Below are positions 45,578 to 64,000 of a DNA stretch of 64,000 nt, piece by piece. The stretch's first letter is position 1, and each line of letters opens with the position of its first letter. Where the stretch lies: the NCBI GenBank assembly GCA_012295275.1, contig CM022677.1:16678001-16742000 (forward strand), written 5' to 3'. This DNA comes from Chrysomallon squamiferum (taxonomy: Eukaryota; Animalia; Mollusca). The translations under genes and the position numbers were made by a program. The notes beneath the pieces are model-generated. The model worked only from the letters and a program-made list of their open reading frames with translations, had not been told where the DNA came from and searched no databases.

Positions 45578-47559
45578 GGTCAGAAAAAACGAAATTTAGC
45601 ACAATACTACAAAACCGCGATAACACAACAGAGATGCTTCAACAGCAAGGTAATCACGTGAAGATTTTCATTCATGGGAGAGATGATGCTAATTCTGTCT
45701 GCTTTTTAATTATTGATGAAAATGAAAAACTCTGTGGAGAAAATTGCCGCGATGCGCTGATTCCAAGGAGAACTCATTATTTTGAAATAACGTTATCTGA
45801 TGAAGTTTATTTAGAGATTATTTGAAATAAGGTATCAATAGAAAACGATTTTCATAGTGAAACCAGTAGTAAATAAAGCAACTGTTGTGTCCCTAATCCA
45901 TTTGGCCAGCTATATTACAAAGGACGAAAGGAAAATAAAGAATTGAAAGCTGTGAATGTATCAATCTATCACTAATACATAAAACAGTTTGGAAAGATAA
46001 ATCAAAAGTTACTGACGAACAGATTATTTTAGAATGGAATTTACTAGAGAAGTAAAATCATTACAATATTCCATCCAGCTGCAGATGAAGAAGAAGAAGT
46101 AGAAGTAGCAGATACTACTGCTATGGATTAAGAACATTTACAGAAAACAGAAGATAGTTCTCCCAATACAAATAATGTTGATGGAAACAGTGATCATGAT
46201 GATGATAACGTTCCACAATCAAAGTGTAGAAAATGTGAAAAAGAAACATGAAAGATAATTAAGATTAGAAAACAAAAAATCATTGCATTAAATATTAAAC
46301 TTTACAAATGTCAGTGAAATGTGCTACTCTTCAGTAATTAGTATCACGTCTTTATGTCTTATTTCGTCACTAAATGTTGATATTGCTTGTTTACAAGAAA
46401 CACTTTGGGATAACAGAACCTAAGAAATACACTTGGGTTGGAGTTATGGTGTACAGTAATTCAAATGATAATAATTCCAGAGGATTAGCTACTTTGTTTT
46501 CTTAAGAATTCAAAAATAATAAAATATCTTCTGACCCAATGAATAATGCAATGGCAAGAAGATGTGTAAACATAAGTATGAACTTGTGTTATAAAAAATA
46601 TAAATGTATATAGATTATATGCACCAAACTGTATCTGAAAGAATACAATTATTTTCTGATTCCCTTCAACATAAATACATCTAAATCAACTTAACATCAT
46701 ATCGGGTGACAGCAGAAGTAATGAATTTTAATTTAGATAGACTAGAAACATGTATTAAAATAAACATATTTCACAAGCATTTAGAAAATATTTTTTTGCT
46801 CAGTGCGTTAAAAAATATTGGTTATTTATCTACATTTTTTAAAATATAATTTCTATTAAACAAGGTTGACCATTATCTGTTTTATTATATGTTAAAGTTT
46901 ATGAACCGTTGAATATTTAATTAACCTCTTTAAATTAAAATTACATGGAAGGTCTGTAGCTATCAGTACACTTTTAGTGTGATGAACTTGTTATATTTTA
47001 AAGGGTCAAGTCATCCGAAAATGAAAACAAATAAAAGTTTTAGATGTTATGGGATGAAAAAATATTTTCAATAAAAGGTAACACAGTAATTCAAAAAGGT
47101 AATAAACCAGGTCTTAATTTTCCAAATACTGACTCGAAAAGACAAGCTTTTTTCATTAAAATTGTTAAAAAGCTTTTTGAATAAAAGAAAAAAAGAAAAA
47201 AGAAGAAGGTAAATCTATATGGAAAGACTTACTAACTTACTGTGTTTTTCGATATAGTAATATCAAAGTGTATTTATTATGAAATATGACAAACGTGCTT
47301 TATGCTCACTATCTCAGTTTATGGTAATTATTATAATATTTAACAAGTCAAGTAAATATGGAAAACTTTAGCCGACAACGACAGAACAAACATTTATGCA
47401 ACCATTACCTAATACTGATTTAATACATCAATTAGATGTGATATATCTTGTATATTTACAATATATGACATTGTTCATTGTTATTCCACTGGTACCTTAC
47501 CAAGTCAAGCCATTACTGAAATGATACATGAATATTTTCCTTTTCTACGACTTGATGTA

Positions 47560-47815
47560 CATGAATATTTTTTCTTTCCTGCTTAAAGCACGATTTAGAC
47601 CAGTATCAAACAATAACTGTTCATATCTATCACATCTATTAATTGTCTATCGTATATTGCATAATGAAAAAATTGTGAACGAGATACAGCACCATTTTGT
47701 TTTCTTCTCTTATTTCTTTCTCATTTTATAGGCAAGGCGACCTAATTGAAGACAAACCGTGTATGCATCGTTCATTTATATAATCATCTCCTAATTTTGC
47801 TGAGTTTAATTTACT
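47560..47815 (-). pseudogene. Highly degenerate relic of the P4HA middle region
   Basis: Minus-strand pieces KLNSAKLGDDYINERCIHGLS, LGRLAYKM, VSRSQFFHYAIYDRQL and EQLLFDTGLNRALSRKEK match KLNATRLAEGYINE...LGRLAY...VSRIELLDYAIHGREL...EQLMLDPGLQRALKRKEK of copy D. Confidence 0.8.
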
Positions 47816-48017
47816 CTGGCTTGAAGACTAGGTAGAGATACATACACGTGACTTCTAAGATGTTTGCGAATTTCTATAATACTCTCTGACAACGTAGAGA
47901 AATAAATAATAATAAACTAAGTAGTTAACATGTACATGTATATTTTAATCAATATAACACAGAATTGATTATATTTTGCATAAACTAATTTCATGTTGTT
48001 GTGAAATTAATATTTAA

Positions 48018-48460
<443 letters not shown>

Positions 48461-49338
48461 TAGGCGACATTTACAGAATGAAACAGCTTTTTAGTTTCGG
48501 TTCATTTTGAACGTCTGTTAAATGATATGATCGAAAATGCAACATTACCCGTTCATAACATTTCGCTTAAGAATTATTTTCTAAAGTCGGAAACAATGTC
48601 ATTTCTACATACAGGTTATACTCGATAACGAAACGTTATCGAAAAATATTCTATTAAATGCCGAACAGACGTATCTAAATTAAGGACGTAGAATTTAATT
48701 TCAGTTGTATTAACAGAGGCTATGGATAACAGTGCAGCAAGTAGCTACCTTAACATAGATTTCAATATATTCGATTTATTCTTGTTATATTTTTATTGTT
48801 GTCCTTATGCCTTATATTTAAAGACAAGACGTAGCTTTGCAATGAATCAAAGAATTTGAATAAACTCAATTTCCAACAGAATGTAATAGTTAATTTTAAA
48901 AAGAGAGTAACATAAATAAGGTATTCATTTAAACAAATGAACATTATTTTTATTTATGGCTAAGAAAAACGCTAAGAAATTAAGGAAGAACGATGAAAGA
49001 AAGAAAAGGAAAGAAAAACAATAAAAGTAAAAAGAATTATCAAGAAAAAACGATAAAGTATTTGTATTTATTTATAACTTTTTCTTCGTTTCATCTTCTT
49101 TTCCATTATTTTTCCTTGCAAACAGATACGAAACAAAAATATCTTAATACATATCTATAAATAAAAACCTGTTTCTAGGATAATGCAGAAAAGAATATAA
49201 ATAAACTTATACATAACTTTAGATCGAATAAAATCCTGGACTAGTGCCTTTTATTAAATCTTTAAATATTATATCGAAACAATAATATCACCAGCCAATT
49301 AGAAAGTAATTATTTACAAAAGTTGTGTCATATTTCAT

Positions 49339-50892
49339 TTATTCTTTTGGATTTGTGGAACATGGCCGGTTGAATAGTTGTTCTCTTTCTCTAATCCAGT
49401 AAGTCGCCACCCATTTAGAGCCAATAAGGACAGGACAAGCTCCATGAAATGTCATTCTGTGAGGAGAACCATTCCGATATAAATTATACCAAAAAGCTGC
49501 TGCACCCTTCTTAGGCAATATTCTTACACCAAGTTGAGGAAACACTGTTGCACCTTCTTCTACATTGCTCATGTAGTTTAACCACGTGGCAATTCTGTGA
49601 CCGTAGGTCAACATATCATCATCATTTACATTAATGTAGTCGTAATGATAACCGTAGAATCCACCTATTCCGTAGTTTGCCACCTGCATTGGTTCAGACT
49701 CTTTCATTGAGAGTCCTGTGATGGCTTGAATTCTGTTTTTAATTTTCTTATATGATTGTGTAGGATTGTGATATAGAAACACACCTTTACTGATTCTGAT
49801 CTCATCTTTGGCCCCTTGACCAGAATTAATAATTTCCGATCTTTCTAAAAGTGGCATAGAAACTGATTTAATTTCTTCTATGTCCTTATCACTGATAAAA
49901 TCATGGTACAGGACAACGTTTGGTGACAAATGAAGATCCTCCTCTTTAGCAGGCTGAAGAAGTAGGAGTGGATGGTTGTTGTTGCTATGGTATCGACATC
50001 CTAAGTGATCTGTAATTCGTGATTCAGAACCCTTTTCTTCACTACAGATAGCCTCATATGATAAGTGATTGTTCACTATCCCTTTGAGTCGTTTTTCCTG
50101 GTTATTTACAGTCTTGTTTTCTTTCCCACCTGTTAGAATATTTGAATACGTTTCCTTTCTTTTTAGAGCTCGTTCTAGACTGGGATATATCATTAGTTGT
50201 TCATTTACGAGATCCAAGGCTTGTTCTATCTGTCCAAGTAATTCTCTACCCTCTATTGCGTAGTCAAGAAGTTCTAACCGAGATACGTTCTCAATTTTTT
50301 CTGTTCTTTCTTTATCGAGGCTTATCTCCATCCAACTATAAAAATGATGGTAATTTTTCATTTTGTACGCTAGCACACCTAAATGGTAACAATCTTCTGC
50401 AGACAGTCTATGTATATATCGTTCATGTATAAATCCCTCTGCCAATCTTTTAGCGCTTAATTTGTATGTGTCTTGAATACGAAACATAGCCGCAGCTACT
50501 CCTTCTAAATCTTCATAACTTGGAAGATATTCACGAATTTCCTTTAGGTTTCGTAGATAAATTTGTGATGTAGTGTTTTCCAAAAATATTGGCTCTACAT
50601 CACGGTCCCAGTCCAATGTAAATATTTTAATAAATAAAAAAGCGCTAATTGGGTTGGCAATATAGCGATTGGGATCTTTTTGTATGTTCAAAGTATACTG
50701 TTCTATTTTATCTGAAATAGTTTTCAGTTTTTCCAGTTTTGCTCCTTCTTTATGTAGACGTGTGAAATGTCTTAATGCTATTGCCAAGTCTCTTCCTGCT
50801 TGTACTGAGCTGTACAGATGTGATACCGATGTAAATAGTTCTGAATTCACAAATGGTAACATCAGAACTAAAACAAAGAATTGCTCACACAT
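49339..50892 (-). CDS. P4HA: Intronless prolyl 4-hydroxylase alpha-like copy F, intact (517 aa)
   Basis: Single ORF with signal peptide, P4Ha_N, AICS/LGCRY, QVANYGIGG, HYD, FHGACP, GSKW and RPC. Confidence 0.95.
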   Translation of the reverse strand: MCEQFFVLVLMLPFVNSELFTSVSHLYSSVQAGRDLAIALRHFTRLHKEGAKLEKLKTISDKIEQYTLNIQKDPNRYIANPISAFLFIKIFTLDWDRDVEPIFLENTTSQIYLRNLKEIREYLPSYEDLEGVAAAMFRIQDTYKLSAKRLAEGFIHERYIHRLSAEDCYHLGVLAYKMKNYHHFYSWMEISLDKERTEKIENVSRLELLDYAIEGRELLGQIEQALDLVNEQLMIYPSLERALKRKETYSNILTGGKENKTVNNQEKRLKGIVNNHLSYEAICSEEKGSESRITDHLGCRYHSNNNHPLLLLQPAKEEDLHLSPNVVLYHDFISDKDIEEIKSVSMPLLERSEIINSGQGAKDEIRISKGVFLYHNPTQSYKKIKNRIQAITGLSMKESEPMQVANYGIGGFYGYHYDYINVNDDDMLTYGHRIATWLNYMSNVEEGATVFPQLGVRILPKKGAAAFWYNLYRNGSPHRMTFHGACPVLIGSKWVATYWIREREQLFNRPCSTNPKE

Positions 50893-51952
50893 ATCTGATC
50901 CACGTCGACTGTGCCTAGTATGTGATATGAAAAGTTAGATAACAGGTTGAACATTTCAGATAAAACTATTTGGATTGCAAATAAACGTCACTGTCGAATA
51001 ACGCCTTTTATTTTATATGTACATATATTTGTATTCGTTATTGTAGATAGATGTTTCTCTATGGTCCTTTTCTTTTATATTCATCCATCCATTTATCTGT
51101 CTGTCTGTCTATCAGTCTGTATGTCCGTCATTATGTCAGTCCGTCTTTCTCTCTAGGTATACCTATGTCTTTCTCTCAGTCTGCTTAACTAATTAACCAA
51201 CAATCAGTGTTTCTCCCTCCCTGTGTATTATACATGTGTGGTTTTTTTGTGTGTTTAAAATAAAGTATTGGCTTTTCATGGAACATACGTGGTTTAAGAA
51301 GAGATTATAACAATGTGGATTCTAAATAAATGTCAGTTACACATTACGAAGCTAATAATGAAAATGATTAAAAAAAAAAAAAAAAAAAAAAAATGAAGAC
51401 GTGATTTGTTACATTCTCTTTCATTTGTATTTTTATTTTTGTCACTACAGTATTTTATTATACATCCACAAACACATAGGCACATGTGTATATCATAAAA
51501 AAATGTCATAAATTTGTTAACGTACGTTCACTACGCAGTGAATATGATCTGAATGATTTCAGTCGTGACCTTGACATGCACTGAAGAAGAGATTAGGATG
51601 CCACATAGTAAGACTGATAAACATATACAGAGGTACACACAGATATAAACTGCGACACACAGAGATGTAGACTTTACGATAAAATGCAAAGAGGTAGCCA
51701 AGTAGAGAGAACATTTTGTTTGTGTAGATGGATAGATACATCGGTAGATATGGACTTCTATTTTCATATGTAAATAAAACGAAGATTACATTTAGTTATC
51801 TTAGTCGTCTTACATTCAGCTAAGTAGTTAAGATATTGAAGCTTTTTTTCTTTTATTTATTTATTTTTTTATTAGTATTATTATTATTATTTTTTTTTTT
51901 TTTCGTTATTTTTTTTTTTTGTGAAATACAAAATAGATTTCAATCTCTCTCT

Positions 51953-51996
<44 letters not shown>

Positions 51997-52160
51997 AATA
52001 AAACAGCTTCAAACGTGTAACTACTCTTTGAATGTAAGATGATAACTAAATATAATTGTGACGTAATTTATATAAGAAAGCTATAATTAGTTCTATTTTT
52101 TTCAGTGCTTATGTGATTTGGTGCTTATATGCCTTAGATAGAAAGAGGCACGAGACAGAC

Positions 52161-52277
<117 letters not shown>

Positions 52278-52311
52278 ACTTACGCCATATTCTTTGCATT
52301 AGTAATATTTC

Positions 52312-52412
<101 letters not shown>

Positions 52413-52575
52413 TTTTATAATTCACTGTAGTCATATTATGGTGTCTTCGTGATATAATTGAAAATATAAATAGCGATCTCTGTCTAGTATTAGTGATGTG
52501 TCCTTATTTAAAGATACATAGTAATTGCCCAAAGTATCCAGCTTTTTAGTTTCGGGTCACTTACATTTAGAAAAC

Positions 52576-52629
<54 letters not shown>

Positions 52630-53102
52630 ATGTCACATGGATTTGCATAATAAATAATCGTGTGAAATTATAAAAATTGAGAAGCGACGACTGCAGTTTT
52701 GTTTGTCTTATTTTAAATATTATAAATTTATTTGTTTGTACTTCGTTTTTTATCATCATCATCACCACTATCATCATCATCATGGTGGTACCTTCGTCTT
52801 GCAATCTACGATCTTTTTCTTACCCAGATATTTCTGGTTCTATTATAAAGATCTCCAGAAAGGTATACGCTTTAACTATCCGGCAATAATAGTGAATGTA
52901 ATAAACATTATTATTATTATTATTAGTAGTAGTAGTAGTAGTAGTAGAAGTAGTAGTAGTATCATTATCATCATCATCGTCATTATGATCGTCGTCGTCG
53001 GGATCATCAGAATTATAATCATAGTACCCGTTATAACTGATGTTGTTCTTCTTACCTATGATGATATCTGATCTACATTAGCATGCATTTCACAACATAC
53101 AC

Positions 53103-53137
<35 letters not shown>

Positions 53138-54362
53138 TAATAATAATAATAATATTTCACTTAAAACAAATACTATTGTCCATCTGCTACTACTGCTACT
53201 ATAATTCCACATTTTAATTCTACTTCTGGGTCGTAGAAAGACCTTTTATTGCTTGAATTCTCTTCTGAACCATTAAAACATGTTTACTAATATTAATCTT
53301 AGAATCAAATATTTATAAGAAAGAGCTTCGTTTTAAGCAGGATGAATACAGATAGATTTAATTTATTAAATTTCACGACCGTTGATAAGATCACACAACA
53401 CACAGTAATCAGTGACAGATGAAGAAACTCCTCTGTATCAGGAATAAGAAGAGACATCTCAAACGATTAATCATTATTACCTCTGCTGTTAATACTAACT
53501 CTGCAACTATTACAGCCACTACCATTATAACTGCTACTACGATTATTACTAGTAAGACCGCACTTATTATTATTATTATTATTACTATTACATTTCTAAT
53601 TCCTAGAAGAATTTGCTGTCTCTTCTTAATGAAAAGAAAAAGAAAAAGAGCAATTAAAGAAAAATAATTAAAGATAGTAAGACTACAAAGAACAAATACA
53701 AAATATAAAATAATATAATAATTTAAAAACTGAAGTGAGATTCAAGTGAGATATTATTTATTCTTCTCCGTTTGTGGAGCATGGCCGCTTGAATACTTGC
53801 TCCTTTCTTCGAATCCAGTAAGTTGACACCCATTTAGAGCCAATCAGAACGGGACAAGCTGCATGAAGTGTCATTTTGTTAGGTGAACCATTCCGATATA
53901 AATTATACCAAAAGACTGCTGCACCTTTTTTAGGTAATATCCTTACACCAAGATAAGGAAACACTGTTGCACCTCCTTCTACATCGCTGAAATAGTTTAA
54001 CCATGTGGCAATTCTATTTCCATAAGTAGAAATTCTGTAACTTTCTACGACAATATAGTCGGTATGACAACCATAGTATCCACCTATTCCATAGTTTGTA
54101 ACATGCTGTGGTTCGGAATGTTCCATAGACAAACCTGTAATTGTTTTAATTCTACTTTGAATTTCCAAATCTGCTTTTGTTGCACTCTTTTGGAGAAATA
54201 CACCTTTACTAATTCTAAAATCAGAAAGCCCTCTTTCACCGACTTCAGATCGTACCAAATACGGCATTGACGCTGATTTAATTTCTTCAATTTCCTTATC
54301 ACTGATAAAATCATGATACAAGACAATTTTCGGTGAGAAATGAAGAACCTCCTCTTTAACAG

Positions 54363-61890
<7,528 letters not shown>

Positions 61891-62243
61891 TTTTGAAGAT
61901 GACTGCTTTTTATTTTAATGAAAAAGAGTGAACAATTTATTTTTAATTAATTTTGTTAAACGGCCGGTTGAGGGACCTTTAAACAAAATAAAATAAATAA
62001 TGTTTTGTCCAAAAAATGTTTATCAAGCACTACAGTGAATGTATCAATGCCAGCATCCGAACAAAAAGTGCTTGATTTGTTGTTTATGGTACCTAATGAG
62101 AACAGTCACCTTCATATTCACCCGCCAGTGGCTGCGGAAATTATTTTGTTTTTTGTTTTCATGTTTTCAATTGTTTATTGTTGTTTATTTGTTTCTTTTT
62201 TTTCTTTTTTTTTTTTTTTTTTTTTTCTAGCGAGATCGTAATG

Positions 62244-62285
<42 letters not shown>

Positions 62286-63491
62286 TATATATTTTAAATA
62301 TAGTAAGAAACAGATTAGACGTCGTATCAGGTCAAAGTTTCAATGTTTCAAAAAAAAATAAAAAATTAAAAATGTTGACGTTTTCAGTAATTTCTGATCA
62401 GTAATAGCGTCTATGTGTATACGAGGCATTAATTATTTTAACAATCCTTGTGAAATTGATTGCATTATGAAGGAATACGTTTTAAAGTTTGCAAACACTG
62501 ACCAGCGTCGGATGCCGCCATGTTTCAAACTGCCAAATTCAACAATTTTAGTCCATTTTCTGTATTTTTTATGATTTATACTAATAAAGTTATGGATGCT
62601 TTTTCATTTTACAAACCCATGGTGTAGAATACCTCGCCTAACTAAATGTTTACCTTAATCAAACTTTACCAACTGGATTATTTTTGTGCAATGCGTTCAT
62701 AATAAACTTAAATTATAATGTTATATCTGGTGAATGTATTAAATTTTCTAGCTGGCTATGTTCCACGTGTCAGAACCAATCAGAAAAGAATATTCAGGCG
62801 TAGTGTGTACACATTAAATTGGAGAAATCAACAGCTATTTTTTCAGTAAACGCATTTTGTGCCGTTACGAGTTATCGTTCCTTTTGATCCGTGCTACATA
62901 CATAAATATAATTCGAAACATCTAGCTTTTGCTTACAGCGAAAACAGTTTTAAAATAATTCTTCTCATAATAACAAATGAAAATAAATACAAATAAAAAT
63001 AACAAATAAACAAATAAATAATTGTGTAAATATTACTTACCAGACATTGATGAAAGTATTCATGACAAAAAAATTATCGTCTGCTCTTCGTAACAACTTT
63101 AAAAACAGGAAGTTATAACGTAAAACCCGGAAAAATTCTCGTCTAAACTACGGACGTATATATGACTGAACAAGAGTGCAGCAAACTGTTAATGGGATAG
63201 GTTTCTCTTCATTATTTATTTATTTATTTATTTTATTATTTTTATTATTAGTAGTATTATTATTTAATTATTTATTTATTTATCTAACTTTTAGGGAAAA
63301 AAAATAAAGTTTAAATGTATTTATATAATTTATATTATAAAATAATCTGTATGATCAAATTTAAATTATTAGAAAAATAAAATTTATTCTGAGATAATAA
63401 TTATGACTTTATGTTTTATGCATGAGAAAACCCTCAGTTGACTGCTAAATAATTATAAATATATAATATGTATAAACACAGAAACATGCAC

Positions 63492-63554
<63 letters not shown>

Positions 63555-64000
63555 CACATACAAGAATATTAAAGATTTCACAACACTTTCCTAGCTGTTT
63601 TTGATTACTGTGAGAATTATGATAAAATGACTTACATCAAAGTTCACTTCTTTCACTGCTAAAACAATGAATAAAGTAAAATTAAAATGAGTTGAAACAA
63701 ATGTTTTGTTGGGATGTTTTGTTTGAAATAATAAAGCCTATATAATGAGTCTATTTTCATTAATTAATTAATTAATGAAGACTCATAATACTATTTAATA
63801 AAAAAAAAAAAATGTCTTCTTATACAGACTTTACAGGTATTCAGCAGGTATTGTTTGCATAATACTTCTAAACATTATTTAATGTTTGTGTGCATCAAAG
63901 TACTGGAAAGTAATAAGAGATTAGAGTTGAATTACTCATAATGCTTCACCTTTTGAAATGCTTTAGAAGTTGAACTTTAAAATAATGAAACCTCAGCCTT

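Noticed and set aside
45600-46260. Purine-rich stretch resembling decayed acidic coding sequence
   Set aside because: It has multiple stops and no motif I can recognise. It could be a transposon relic, but that cannot be supported without a search.

Overview
This is AT-rich, microsatellite-dense animal genomic DNA; an invertebrate such as a mollusc or cephalopod is a guess from composition and repeats. The window holds an array of intronless prolyl 4-hydroxylase alpha-subunit (P4HA-like) genes. Three ORFs are intact (D 14947-16491, F 49339-50892, G 53758-55293), two are nearly intact with a frameshift (A 1447-2928, H 58923-60430), three are clear pseudogenes (B, C, E), and there are four small relics. 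The array surrounds one neprilysin-like M13 zinc metallopeptidase gene (19149-37205, + strand, 22 coding exons, 734 aa), which I reconstructed exon by exon. The locus is built from nested inverted duplications centred roughly on the peptidase: a young near-identical pair (1-8297 vs 54363-61890) and an older pair (~12330-14830 vs ~39880-43320). Wherever the catalytic domain survives, the Fe(II)/2-oxoglutarate ligands are kept but the two substrate-binding loops are highly variable. The N-terminal halves show patchwork homogenisation consistent with gene conversion. Also present are a pogo/Tigger transposon remnant inserted into a P4HA 5' stub, LINE 3'-end fragments and several minisatellites. 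Most ORFs in the supplied track are microsatellite or antisense artefacts.
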